This document shows, piece by piece, positions 1 to 9,997 of a stretch of 64,000 bases of DNA (position 1 is its first letter; the number at the start of each line of letters is the position of its first letter). The stretch is taken from positions 45,082 through 109,081 of the forward strand of contig DASZAE010000032.1 in NCBI GenBank assembly GCA_035945515.1, in the 5' to 3' direction. This DNA comes from Terriglobia bacterium (GTDB lineage: Bacteria; Acidobacteriota; Terriglobia; UBA7540). A program made the translations under genes and the position numbers. A model generated the notes under the pieces. The model was not told the origin of the DNA. It did not search any database and was given only the letters and a program-made list of their open reading frames with translations.

Positions 1-165
1 CAAAGAAGTGCATCCATTTCCGGTAGTGCCTGGGCGAAGCGAGGCGCGGAACGGGAGAGTGGCCTTTCCCGAAACCGTGCAACGTCCCCAGGTCAACATA
101 AACCTCTCCCGACAGCAAGCGAAGCAAGTTTGAATGGGCTTGAGGCAGCTTGAGCCGGGCTTAAC

Positions 166-197
166 TCCAGGGAGTCCCGCCCGGCGGGCTCCCTGGA
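166..197. other. GC-rich hairpin upstream of the VirB9-like gene
   Basis: TCCAGGGAG-T-CCCGC-ccg-GCGGG-CTCCCTGGA inverted repeat; no U-tract. Confidence 0.45.
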
Positions 198-233
198 ACT
201 CCTGAAAAGTCTGCCGGGCAGTTGGAGGCCAAT

Positions 234-1085
234 ATGAAAGGCTTTTGGATCGTTGTTGTGATCCTTGCACTCAGTTTGCCGCTAACCCTCTGGGCGCAAA
301 CCATCGAAACGCACGCCTCGAGCCAGAACCAGATCGTGCGTGTCCAAACTGCCCTCAATCACCTGACGGTCATTCAACTCGCAGAGCCGGTCTTGTCGGT
401 GGCGGCGGGAAGCGAAGCGTTCAAGATTGAGTGGCGGGGCAACAGGGTGTTTGTCGAACCGACGGCGGCAGGTGTCTCGACCAATCTCTTTGTCTGGACA
501 AAGTCAGGGCGTGAGAACTACGAGCTCGAACCGGCAGGCGCCATCGCAAGCATGGACTTTGCGATTGACCCACCGGCAGCCGACCCACCCGCAGCGCCTA
601 AACCAGCCGCCAAAGTGATTGTTCCTGGTAACCCTATGAAACTGGCTGCGGAGGCGATGCTTGGCGGGACTCCCGTCCGCCAGGAGAGCTGGAAGGCGCG
701 AAAAGGGCATGTCCAGGTGATGGTGCGCGACCTGTATGAAGAGAATGGGGAGCTTGATATCCGCTATTCGATTGAAAACGGGACGAAGAAAGTGTATCTC
801 CCGGGGACGCCGCAGGTCGTTAAGATTGAGCCCAGCCTTCCATCAGCCGCGCTCTGGAGGCACGCCTACGCGCAGTTGAGTGACAAAGCCGCGCAAAACC
901 TGCGTCCGCGCTCGGAGGCTCCGATGAAGGTTGTTACACATGAGACGCGCGCCGCAACGGTTAAACCGCGGGAAGTCTCTGTGGGCGTTGTCGGCGTGGA
1001 GCTGGACGGGCAATTTCCGGCCATCATCAGACTTCAATTTAGCAATGAAGCGGGCCAGCCGGTTGCGGCCGAATTTGTGATGTAG
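234..1085 (+). CDS. VirB9/TrbG/TraK-like T4SS outer-membrane core component
   Basis: Signal peptide; N-domain VQTALNHLTVIQL...VFVEP...TNLFVWTKSGR-YEL; Pro/Ala linker; GGAGG RBS before ATG 234; transfer-region context. Confidence 0.6.
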   Translation: MKGFWIVVVILALSLPLTLWAQTIETHASSQNQIVRVQTALNHLTVIQLAEPVLSVAAGSEAFKIEWRGNRVFVEPTAAGVSTNLFVWTKSGRENYELEPAGAIASMDFAIDPPAADPPAAPKPAAKVIVPGNPMKLAAEAMLGGTPVRQESWKARKGHVQVMVRDLYEENGELDIRYSIENGTKKVYLPGTPQVVKIEPSLPSAALWRHAYAQLSDKAAQNLRPRSEAPMKVVTHETRAATVKPREVSVGVVGVELDGQFPAIIRLQFSNEAGQPVAAEFVM

Positions 1086-1114
1086 GAAGCGGGCGGGGAG
1101 CGAAAGCAAACGTT

Positions 1115-1360
1115 ATGTGGCGCGCTGAAGATCAGGAGGTCCGCGAAGAAACGGATCTCCCGCCGAGCCGCGGCTTAGCCGATTACCTTGAGGCGCGACG
1201 GGAGTGCGGCCTGGGTCGGATGCTGGCGAACCTGGTGCTTGAACCGCCGGACCCCTTTAAGCCTAAGGATCGGCGGAAGGCCAAGAAAGGTTTTGTCATC
1301 ACTCTCTTGACGCTCGTTGCTTTAACGGCCTGGTTCAGTTGGTTCAACTTGATTCGCTAG
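1115..1360 (+). CDS. Small protein with a C-terminal TM helix
   Basis: 81-aa ORF in operon with hydrophobic C-terminus. Confidence 0.55.
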   Translation: MWRAEDQEVREETDLPPSRGLADYLEARRECGLGRMLANLVLEPPDPFKPKDRRKAKKGFVITLLTLVALTAWFSWFNLIR

Positions 1361-1375
1361 TTGCGGAGGGTACTG

Positions 1376-2311
1376 ATGAAAAAAGTTGCAAAGATTCACC
1401 GCCACCGGGGCTGGAACACGGATGGAGGACAGTGCGGGCTCGAGATTTTCGACCCGCTCGATGGCGTGCCCGTGATCGTGCTCACTCAGCTTCCGTGGAA
1501 CGCAAATACGAGCGTCACGAACATGATCGAGACTCTTGCGGCTGAAGTCGCGCTGGAATATCTGCCAGAGCGCGAGTGCTCCCGTCCGGCCTTTCGTGCG
1601 GTCGAACACTCATACGAATGGCTTACGGGCGACGAGCTCTTTTCGATGGTGACGTTCGATCTCACCTGGCCCGGAAGCAAGAAGATTTCCGACCGGCCAC
1701 ATCTCGGGAATCCCCACTGGCAGAAGATCACACGCCAGGAGTTCGAAGCACTGACCGGTGAGCCCTATATCGACGCGTTCCGGCGCGTGCGTCAAATTGC
1801 TCATCCAACGGCCGCCACCCTTGAGGCCATTTGTTTGTTGCGAACACATTTCAGCCGCCTCGCTAAGGCTCACGGACCGCTCGCCGCCGCTCTCAGTCGC
1901 ACAGACTTGCCGCTTGTTGACCCGCCTGAATCTCGCGGCGAGTTGTATGTGACGTCACTCGCCGAATGGCTTTTCTATCCCGAGGGAATCATCGGAGCCA
2001 AGCAGCTAAGTGACAGGACAGTTGCATCGCGCTGGGACGTTTGGGAGCTCACGCGACAGCTTCTTCTCTCAGTTCGGCAAATCGCTGAAATATTCCTTAC
2101 GCATCTCGAGCTCGTGCACGACCGGGGTGACCTTGCGCGAGATTTGGTTGAATACTTTGTCCACCCGGAAAAGCTCACGGTCGAAATCATCCAATCGCAG
2201 GCCGAGCACACGAAACTCTGGTCCCGAGCGCGGTGCTATGCGACGACGCCTTGGGAAATCGCCGAGCGCGAACTACGTTACGGGCCGCGGGAGGAGAATC
2301 ATGCGCAATAA
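1376..2311 (+). CDS. Hypothetical protein
   Basis: Long ORF; GGAGG RBS before ATG 1376; overlaps the next gene. Confidence 0.65.
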   Translation: MKKVAKIHRHRGWNTDGGQCGLEIFDPLDGVPVIVLTQLPWNANTSVTNMIETLAAEVALEYLPERECSRPAFRAVEHSYEWLTGDELFSMVTFDLTWPGSKKISDRPHLGNPHWQKITRQEFEALTGEPYIDAFRRVRQIAHPTAATLEAICLLRTHFSRLAKAHGPLAAALSRTDLPLVDPPESRGELYVTSLAEWLFYPEGIIGAKQLSDRTVASRWDVWELTRQLLLSVRQIAEIFLTHLELVHDRGDLARDLVEYFVHPEKLTVEIIQSQAEHTKLWSRARCYATTPWEIAERELRYGPREENHAQ

Positions 2312-2636
2312 ACTTGATACTGCATTCTTGGTCGGAGCAACGATCGGGGCGGTTGCAGTCGAGTGCGCTCTCATCTGGTGGCTCTGGCACACGGTGCTGT
2401 TTACGGCAGCGCCGGGCGCCTTTTACTTCAGTGATTGGCTGGGTCCTTTACTCCCCGAGGTGTGGCTCATCGGCGTCACGGCGGCCATGATCCACCGCCT
2501 TGGGCTCGTGCTGTATGAGCGGGAGAAGGCGCACATCCACCGGCGTCATTTCCGCAGGCTCGCGTACTCCTTCGTCGCGCTTGCTTCGATCGAGGGTTGC
2601 ATGTTGTGGATTCCACTGGCTCGGTTGGTTCGATGA
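2301..2636 (+). CDS. Membrane protein (about 3 TM)
   Basis: GGAGGAG RBS then ATG 2301; three hydrophobic segments; ATGA overlap with the coupling protein. Confidence 0.6.
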   Translation: MRNKLDTAFLVGATIGAVAVECALIWWLWHTVLFTAAPGAFYFSDWLGPLLPEVWLIGVTAAMIHRLGLVLYEREKAHIHRRHFRRLAYSFVALASIEGCMLWIPLARLVR

Positions 2637-4426
2637 GATCCCGCGAAGCAAATCAGGAAGCTGGCGTCTACGATGGCGCGTTCATTCTGGCGGCGATCGG
2701 GATAGCTCTCTTCATCGCTGCCTGGTACGTTGTCACCCACCGCTTCCATCTCTTGGACAGCCAGTTCTTCGAGGCGCTCGGATATTTGGTTATCCCGGCA
2801 ACAGGCCTCGGTTGCCTCGTGTGGCTCGCTCTCACCGGCCACTCACGGCGGGAAAACGCGTGGCCGCACCCCTATCAGGTCATCTCTCCCAAAAGTGATG
2901 AACGATGCACCAGGAATGCCTGGAGGAAAGACTCAGTCGTGCTTGGCTACAACGTTCATGGCAAGCCTTGGCTGTGGCCTGACCGCATCCGTGTCATGCA
3001 GGGTTTGGTGCTTGGCCTGACCGGCATGGGGAAGACGACGCTCCTGAAGAACATCATTACGCAGGACCTGATGCGGGTGATCGAAACCCCCAAGGGGCCC
3101 AGGCGCATGCCGATCCTGATTCTTGATGGCAAGGGAGAGCGAAAGTTTTTCGAGGAGCTGCTGCCACATATTCACCGCGCCGGAAGACTTAGTGACCTGC
3201 GGGTCATCAATCCTTCCTGGCCGGACATCTCTGTCCGTTACAACCCCTTCCACTGCACTCAGGACGATTACATGCCGGTAGTGAACATGGTGTTTGGAAG
3301 CTTCAACCTGCATGATGAGTTCTTCGGCAAGCACCAGTTGAACTATCTGGCCGATATCGTGCGCGTGCTGGTCTATACGGGGCGCAAGTTTAACTTCTAT
3401 GATGTGCTGGTGATGGCGATTGACCCGGAGGTGTTGCAGGAGCAGGTTCAGAAAGCCATCCACGAAACCACACGCATGCCTAATATGACCTTGCAGCGGC
3501 GCCTGAACTTCGAGATGAGCGTCAAGAACCTCTATCAGTCCTTTCAGGATCGCGAGCGGGTGCCGAAGATCCAAGGGCTGCTCAATGAGTGCATGACGTT
3601 CCTGGATGATGAGCTCTCAATCATCACCGGCCCTTACGAAGACCTGCTTTCGCTTGATGAAGTGATTGAGAAGGGCTTGATTCTGTTTCTCAGCCTGAAC
3701 GTCAACAAAAACACGGAGCCGGTCAGAGCGTTAGGCAAGATGCTTTTGCAGAATGTGCAGCTGGTGGTGGGTCGACGGTACGAAGCGGACGACCCGTGCG
3801 CCGCCTCGCGGCCGATGACCAGCATCATCCTGGATGAGTTTGCGCCGTTTGGCTACCAGAACTTTGCTCACATCCTGCAAACCGCCCGCGGCACCAACAC
3901 TTCGTTCTTGTTCTCCATGCAGAGTGTTCCGCAACTACTCAAGGTCGGGCGCGGGTTTAAGGAAGACGTCACCTCGGCGGCGAACACCATCATTACCTTT
4001 AAGACGCACGATGAGACGACCGCGGACTTCTTCCTCCAGGCTTCGGCCTTGCGGCCAGTCACGAAGCGGACGCGGTCGGTGAGGCGGGTGAAGTTTTTTG
4101 GATACGAAAAGTATCGGGAGACCGGAACCGGAAGCGAGCGCGAGGACCTGGAGACGCGGGCGCTCGACTACCACATCAAGAACCTGCCCGCTGGCCAGAT
4201 CGAATTGCTGATGACGGATGAGACGCAAGGAACCTTGCACACGACGTTAAGCGTGCGGCCGCCTGCGGATATCACGGTGCCCGGCTTCGAGCCGGAAGTT
4301 TTTCCGCGGCTCACCGCGTCGCGGGCCGAGTCAAAGGATGGCGCGCACCTACGGTTCAAGAATTTGGAGTTTGTAAACCGGCATGGGCGGCGGGCAACGA
4401 CCGGTTGGGGAGGGCGCGTGCAATGA
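2633..4426 (+). CDS. virD4: Type IV coupling protein (VirD4/TraD family)
   Basis: Two N-terminal TMs, Walker A GLTGMGKT, ILDGKG, RYNPF, Walker B IILDEF, QTARG..FLFSMQS. Confidence 0.88.
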   Translation: MRSREANQEAGVYDGAFILAAIGIALFIAAWYVVTHRFHLLDSQFFEALGYLVIPATGLGCLVWLALTGHSRRENAWPHPYQVISPKSDERCTRNAWRKDSVVLGYNVHGKPWLWPDRIRVMQGLVLGLTGMGKTTLLKNIITQDLMRVIETPKGPRRMPILILDGKGERKFFEELLPHIHRAGRLSDLRVINPSWPDISVRYNPFHCTQDDYMPVVNMVFGSFNLHDEFFGKHQLNYLADIVRVLVYTGRKFNFYDVLVMAIDPEVLQEQVQKAIHETTRMPNMTLQRRLNFEMSVKNLYQSFQDRERVPKIQGLLNECMTFLDDELSIITGPYEDLLSLDEVIEKGLILFLSLNVNKNTEPVRALGKMLLQNVQLVVGRRYEADDPCAASRPMTSIILDEFAPFGYQNFAHILQTARGTNTSFLFSMQSVPQLLKVGRGFKEDVTSAANTIITFKTHDETTADFFLQASALRPVTKRTRSVRRVKFFGYEKYRETGTGSEREDLETRALDYHIKNLPAGQIELLMTDETQGTLHTTLSVRPPADITVPGFEPEVFPRLTASRAESKDGAHLRFKNLEFVNRHGRRATTGWGGRVQ

Positions 4427-5217
4427 TGCGCATTGTGTGCGTGGTATGTTGCATCCTGGGTCTGACCTTCCCAATTGTGGCGCAGACACGCCAGCCTGCG
4501 TCTTCGCAACCTTCCCGGCCAGCGTCAACCTACGACCCGGCAATGCAACCCGGGCTTTATCGCCAGACCTGGTACGACGCGATGCTCCGGCAGTTCAACC
4601 CGGACAATCTGAACTGGGGGCACTGGCTCGAACAGCGGTGGCAAATCTTTCTCGAGGAAACAGCAGCCAACCCCTACTTCAAATACGGTCTTGTGACCAC
4701 GCTATTGGTCATTCTCTTGGCGATAGCGTTTACCAAGGCGCTGATCGACAAGAGCCGGATGAAGTGGCTGGCCGAAGAGCGATACGGCGACCTGACGCTG
4801 CACGACGAATCCTCCCGCCAGGCGGCACGGGAAGCGATCAGGAAGTACAACGACCATATGGAAAAGTGTAACCGGGTTGTTGAGGCGGAGATGGTAAGGC
4901 GGCCAGTCATAGCCGAAAGCGCTATGTCGCCAGCGACGAAAGACATCCCGTTAACCTTGGATGAGGCATTGATCGGGCTGGCCGAAGTAAAACGGGAGCG
5001 GGATGGCATGGCGGCCAAGTTAAATCGGACTAACGCTGTGGTAGGTGAGTTGACCATGCGGGTCAGTGAGGTGCAGGGTGGCGGCAAGGGCGCCGGCGGC
5101 GACAATGGACACGCACAGGATGGCTCGCCCAGAACGGACCTGGTCAAGCAGATTAACGAACTGCGCGAGCAGCTCTACCGCGAGCGGGAACGCAACAAGC
5201 ACCTGAAAGGGATGTGA
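4423..5217 (+). CDS. Membrane-anchored coiled-coil protein of the transfer region
   Basis: Signal peptide, one internal TM, coiled-coil C-terminus; translationally coupled on both sides. Confidence 0.65.
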   Translation: MMRIVCVVCCILGLTFPIVAQTRQPASSQPSRPASTYDPAMQPGLYRQTWYDAMLRQFNPDNLNWGHWLEQRWQIFLEETAANPYFKYGLVTTLLVILLAIAFTKALIDKSRMKWLAEERYGDLTLHDESSRQAAREAIRKYNDHMEKCNRVVEAEMVRRPVIAESAMSPATKDIPLTLDEALIGLAEVKRERDGMAAKLNRTNAVVGELTMRVSEVQGGGKGAGGDNGHAQDGSPRTDLVKQINELREQLYRERERNKHLKGM

Positions 5218-5747
5218 CAATCGTGCTGGTGGGTGTGACAGGCTTCGGCAGCGTGTGGCGGCGGCGGTTCGGCAAGGATCCGCAAGATCCCGAGCGCTTC
5301 CGGCGGGCCGCGTACTTTAACACAACCGGCCTCATGGTGGATGGCCGGACCGTCCGCCATCGGAAGATTGTGGGCCATGCGCGGTTCAACGGTGATGGCG
5401 GATTCAATCCTTATTATCCCCAGCGCGCCATCGGCTCGGTCTTTGAGTGCGATGAGCTGTGCTTGTGGAACGGACAAAACAAGATCTTCTTCGGGCGTCG
5501 CCTTCGCCACCCGGCCCCGCCGGATTACTTCCTGGTGGTGGTACGGTCGGGCGAGTTCGGTCGGGCAGATGTAGGAGCGCCAGGCTGGAAGTCGGATCGC
5601 TGCCTGGTTGTCTCGTTCAGTGAGTGGCAGGGCCGGCAGGAACTGATGCTGCTCCTTCCTCCGGACGGCTGGGTCGAGACGAGCCTTGGACGGTTGATCG
5701 CCGGACCGGCCCGGTCATGGAATCGAACGCTTCGCCTCAGCGAGTAA
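5214..5747 (+). CDS. Hypothetical protein
   Basis: GTGA overlap with the upstream stop; 177-aa ORF in operon. Confidence 0.6.
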   Translation: MTIVLVGVTGFGSVWRRRFGKDPQDPERFRRAAYFNTTGLMVDGRTVRHRKIVGHARFNGDGGFNPYYPQRAIGSVFECDELCLWNGQNKIFFGRRLRHPAPPDYFLVVVRSGEFGRADVGAPGWKSDRCLVVSFSEWQGRQELMLLLPPDGWVETSLGRLIAGPARSWNRTLRLSE

Positions 5748-5753
5748 AGCACC

Positions 5754-6563
5754 ATGCGATATGTGAAGGGAAGCATCACGTTAAGTCCCGGTCACGATGT
5801 GCCGTTACTGCAGCAGGTGCTGCAGTGTGGGTTCGTCACCCAGGACCAACTCTGGCAGCTCATGGTATATGAGATGGTTGAAAGGCGTGGCGACGCGTTT
5901 CGTTGGCGCGTGAAGCGTCTGGTTGAGCATGGCTTCCTTCACCGCCAGCTCGTCCCTGGCAAAGGGCGCTCGTTTGTGTATTCGCTGACCGAGATCGGCG
6001 CCGCCGAACTGGCTGGTTTCGAACACTGCTGCCCTGGGACCACAGTGTTCTTCGAGCGCAAGCAGGATCACAACAGAGTTCTTCACGCGCTTGAGCTCAA
6101 CGACATTCACCTCGCGCTCTGCCGCTCCGGGGCCTTGCGCCGTTGGATGTCGGAGATCGAAGTGCGCTCCCGGAACAAGTTAACCGAGTGCGGTTACGCG
6201 AAGGAGTACGACGCCATCCTAACCCTCCAAAGGGGCGAAGAAGAATTGCGTGTTGCTCTTGAATACGAGCGGCAGGCGAAGGGACAAAGTCGGTACGTCG
6301 AAATTGCCGCGGCCATAGAAAGGGAAGAGCGAGTCCACATCGTCGTCTATCTTTTCCCTGACTTCGACCTGCTGCTGTTCGTCCGGGCTTTCTTCGAGCA
6401 CCTGCGCCTGCCGATTTACTTTGGGATTTGTTCTGAATTTAAGCGTGATCTGCTGGGGACGCGCTTACTGAATCCGCAGCTCGAGTATCGTACGCTCGTC
6501 CATGCGCCCCTACCGCCTACCTCTCCAATGACTTCCCATTGCCCTCATGGTTCTGGCCGCTAA
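5754..6563 (+). CDS. Replication-relaxation (Replic_Relax) family putative relaxase
   Basis: N-terminal wHTH (YSLTEIG), HALELND, then PD-(D/E)XK-like YDAIL...VALEYER; close to the coupling protein. Confidence 0.7.
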   Translation: MRYVKGSITLSPGHDVPLLQQVLQCGFVTQDQLWQLMVYEMVERRGDAFRWRVKRLVEHGFLHRQLVPGKGRSFVYSLTEIGAAELAGFEHCCPGTTVFFERKQDHNRVLHALELNDIHLALCRSGALRRWMSEIEVRSRNKLTECGYAKEYDAILTLQRGEEELRVALEYERQAKGQSRYVEIAAAIEREERVHIVVYLFPDFDLLLFVRAFFEHLRLPIYFGICSEFKRDLLGTRLLNPQLEYRTLVHAPLPPTSPMTSHCPHGSGR

Positions 6564-6603
6564 AGCGGGCTTTGCCCACGTATTGCCCGCTTATTGCCTG
6601 CGT
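6563..6603. repeat. Inverted repeat plus three 11-bp imperfect tandem repeats (oriT candidate)
   Basis: AAGCGGGC 6563-6570 / GCCCGCTT 6585-6592; tttgcccacgt-attgcccgctt-attgcctgcgt. Confidence 0.4.
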
Positions 6604-6871
6604 TTTGGCTTACTTTCCTGCTTTGTAACAGACCTGTTTTGTGATGGTTAGCTTGTGACTACTCCCTGTTTGTGGTGTCTTTTTGGGAAAAATGACGCGG
6701 GGTGGCTTGGGCTGTGTTGCGCAGATGTGCGGAGGCGGTGATGAGATGCGCATGTTGGGTGAGGTTGCTCTGATGGTCGCGCGACGGTCATCCGGTAGGC
6801 TTGTGTTCATCATCGTAGAGATTTGCGGAGCGGCGAGTAGGGATATGCATGCGCGAAGTGTTGGTTGCTGC

Positions 6872-8284
6872 GGCACTTGTCAAGAATATTGTGTCTGAGA
6901 GATTCATTCTTCGCTCTCGAATCTGGCTTGAAAGATAGCGTTGAACTGATCGAGGGCGGTCTGGACGGAGGCGGCGACGCGGCGCCAGCGTCCGGTTTCG
7001 AGTTGGGAGACGGCCAAACCAAGCTTGAGCTTCAAGGTGTCTTCGGAATGGAAGTAGCCGCCGCTGTTGCGCCGCATGATTTCGAGCCGGCCGTTCACGG
7101 CCTCAACGACGTTGGTGGTGGACAGCGAGCGGCGGATGCTGTCGGGGTAGTTGAGGAAAGCCAGGTAGTGATCTCGCTTTTTGCGGATCTCGCGAATGAA
7201 GCTGGGGGAGCGCGACTCAAAGTGCTGGCAAAGGTCCTCGAACTGGGCGGCAGCGACCTCGGCGTTCCAGGCTACCTTCAGGGTACGGATGCGTTGATTG
7301 AATTCGGCGGCATCGGGTTTGCTGAAGTGGCTCTTGGCGTTGCGCTGCAGGTGGACGATACAGAGCTGGACGTCGGCCTGAGGGAACAAGCCGCGGGTGA
7401 TGGGCAGCAGGCCGGAGAAGTCGTCGTGGACCACCAGCAAGACGCGCCGCAGGCCGCGTTCGATCAAACCGCGGAGGACACTCTTCCACTCCTCGATGTT
7501 CTCGCGTCCGAAGCGGAGCAGGCTGGTCAGGACCCGCTTTTTTCCGTCGCGGCCCAGGCCGATGACCAGGTAAATTGCCCCGAGACGAAGGCGGTCACCC
7601 TCACGGACCTCGACGTATTTGGCATCGAGGAAGAGGGTGAGCAGATCGGGATCGAGAGGGCGAGTGTTGCGCAGTTCGAGTTCTTCGATGAAGCTGCGGG
7701 CGACCGCGTCCAGTTCCTCTTCGGAGGCGGCCAGTCCCATTTTGTGCAGCCCCGCCTTGGCCGCATTGACGGATCGGCAAGAAGCCAACAGGTTGAGTAA
7801 CAGGGCTTGGGTTTCCTCGGGGTAATCGCGCTGGTAAGGGGGGGCAGGAGGCTGGGTCGAAAGGAGCCGCCGCGGGTGCGGGGCACGTCGATCTGCAAAG
7901 GGATAGAGCCCATCTTCAAGGAGCGAGCGTAGGAGCCGTTGCCCTTGTCGGTGGGCGCGCCGGTCAGGTAAGCCTGCCGTTCGGCCTGGCTGAGGCTGTT
8001 GAAGATGAGCGCCGGCAGTTCGCGCAGGCTGAAGGGGCCGAGGCCGGCGGCGAGAGCCTGGGCGATCTCGGTGGGGAAGGATTCGGACGATGGGTTCGGT
8101 GCTAGACTGGGATTCAGATCTGTAGGCATCAGTTCTCTCCTTTGGTCAGGTCAGGACGGTGAAGCAGGTCCCGCCCCAGGGACGGCGATCTGTGGGGCAT
8201 TTTTATTTGTAGGCGCAGGCCGGAAAGAAGCCAAGCGGTTCTGCGCCAGCCCCCCTCACAGACCTCAGAAGGTTTGTGCATGCC
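6872..8284 (-). mobile_element. IS256-family insertion sequence (ends approximate)
   Basis: Mutator-type transposase; weak terminal IRs (GGCA...GTCTG.GA at each end); about 1.4 kb; no target duplication seen. Confidence 0.75.
6904..8129 (-). pseudogene. IS256 transposase split by a frameshift near 7840
   Basis: N-part GNGSYARSL..IDVPRTR..FRPSLLP; C-part FLDAKY, VVHDD, QLCIVHLQRN, STTNVVEAVN; shift falls in a C7 run. Confidence 0.85.
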
Positions 8285-9545
8285 GCGGCTGAGTGCCAAC
8301 GCCTTCGGGCGGCAGACGGTAGACCTCCAGAATCCCCTCCTGATCTATTAGCGCCATGAGCGAACCATCCGGTGAGAGCGCAAGCCCAGAGATAGACTTA
8401 ATACCCTGCTTCTTCGCATCCAGTGCATAAACCCATTGGCGACTCGGAAGATCGTAGACCATGATTCTGTCCAGCGAGTAATGAGGGGCGGTGTCGAAAA
8501 ACGCGCTGCCGCCTTTTCCCTTGTCCACGGCGACGGCGAATCTTCGGCCATCCGCTGCACGAGCCGTCATCCGCACGTATTGCTTCTCCGGGAGATTGTG
8601 CTCAAAAATCAATTGCCCATTCGTAAGCATTAGGCGTATGGCACTTTGTTCTTGGGAACGTAGTACCGATGGGTTGAAGAACGCGTCGTTACCGACAAAA
8701 ATACCATAACCACAATGGGGATCAGGCTGATGACAGATCACGCCCCAAGGACCACCCGGTTTCCCAATTTCGGGCGACCCGGTTGTGTCCGTTGTCAGCG
8801 CCATGCCATCATCCGAAATATTCTCTGAATGCGTGCTGCTATTGCCCCTCAAGGCCCACGTACTAAGAACCTGTAATCTCTCTGTATCTACCAACAGGCG
8901 TCGGCTTTCCGCATTGCTAACATCAAAGCCGCCTGCTTTCGGATCGTAATCTATGAGGAGGTAGTTGCCCGTGGGGGATGCCGAGGGCATTAGGGAACCC
9001 TTTATAGCCTCGCGACCAACCGGCAAGCCAAGAGTCTTGAGCAGCCTGAAGTCCGCTGAGTACAACATCAACTCATCCGGCGTGATGACGACGAAGTTTC
9101 CACGAGGCGTCGGCAAGAGTCGTGACCTTGAAGAGGCGGTAGGCCATTCGCGCACGGTATGCGGCTTGCTCGCCCCCACCTTGATAAACAATCCATTGAG
9201 TCTTAAAGGCAATGCGGCATTTGCTTCGCCTTGGATCGCAAGCGAGCTGGCCGCGGCTCGCGCGATAAATGTTACAGTAAGTTCGTTGTTGGTCCGAAAG
9301 CATAGCGGCCCGATAGATGGCAATGCGTATCCCAACCCCTCGGAAAAACCAGGCGGGGGACTATACCCAAAACCACGGACATCCAATTTCCAGACGGGAG
9401 GCGCCGCCGTCAAGGTGGCCGCTACATTAAGGCCACGGGCGGGGGATGACGGTGTACCAGAAATTGTCCAGCACAACGTCAACGCCAAAGTGCAGCAGCG
9501 TGCCGCCCGCCAACTGTGTGAGCGGCGCGGGTCTGGCGTAGCCAT
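8265..9545 (-). CDS. Exported beta-propeller-like protein, possible immunity/accessory protein
   Basis: Signal-like N-terminus; repeats such as ASPTGNYL, AADGRRFAV, LSPDGSLMA; last gene of the Rhs locus. Confidence 0.65.
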   Translation of the reverse strand: MATPDPRRSHSWRAARCCTLALTLCWTISGTPSSPARGLNVAATLTAAPPVWKLDVRGFGYSPPPGFSEGLGYALPSIGPLCFRTNNELTVTFIARAAASSLAIQGEANAALPLRLNGLFIKVGASKPHTVREWPTASSRSRLLPTPRGNFVVITPDELMLYSADFRLLKTLGLPVGREAIKGSLMPSASPTGNYLLIDYDPKAGGFDVSNAESRRLLVDTERLQVLSTWALRGNSSTHSENISDDGMALTTDTTGSPEIGKPGGPWGVICHQPDPHCGYGIFVGNDAFFNPSVLRSQEQSAIRLMLTNGQLIFEHNLPEKQYVRMTARAADGRRFAVAVDKGKGGSAFFDTAPHYSLDRIMVYDLPSRQWVYALDAKKQGIKSISGLALSPDGSLMALIDQEGILEVYRLPPEGVGTQPRHAQTF

Positions 9546-9556
9546 GTCGTCATACG

Positions 9557-9997
9557 TCAATTTTGAAGATCCCACCACCTGAGCCGCCGAACGAAAACGA
9601 TAATCTCTCCAGGTTTCGCTTCAAGCCTGATATTCCGTTTTCCCTTGGGATCGCAAACATTGTCTGCCACAACCCCGTTGTGGATTACCAATTTTGTCCG
9701 CAGAAGGCCGTGGGAGCAACTACGAATTCGGTCGACTTCGTCATATACGAGAAGTTGATCTGGTAAGGGAGGATTCAAATGGAACACCGCAGTTCCGTAC
9801 TCTCCCGTGCGTTCCTCGAGATACGGCGCACCATGCGGCCGCGGGTCTCCGAGATAGAGCCACACGCGCACGTTGCGCACTCCTCTCCCGGAGGCGATAT
9901 CAATCAACCGTACAGAGACCACCTTAGAGGGAGCGGCAGGTGTTCGCACGAAAGGGGCTAGCGTGATGAATAGTGCAACGAAGAACGGTCGGGTCAT
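9557..9997 (-). CDS. Exported putative immunity protein for the 9994-10959 Rhs-CT
   Basis: ATG overlaps the CT stop (ATGA); signal peptide; two Cys. Confidence 0.65.
   Translation of the reverse strand: MTRPFFVALFITLAPFVRTPAAPSKVVSVRLIDIASGRGVRNVRVWLYLGDPRPHGAPYLEERTGEYGTAVFHLNPPLPDQLLVYDEVDRIRSCSHGLLRTKLVIHNGVVADNVCDPKGKRNIRLEAKPGEIIVFVRRLRWWDLQN

Noticed and set aside
6610-6876. Short ORFs between the relaxase and IS256
   Set aside because: No recognisable motifs or RBS; may be a remnant cut by the IS
6865-7800. 311-aa plus-strand ORF
   Set aside because: It is the antisense shadow of the IS256 transposase and has no motifs of its own
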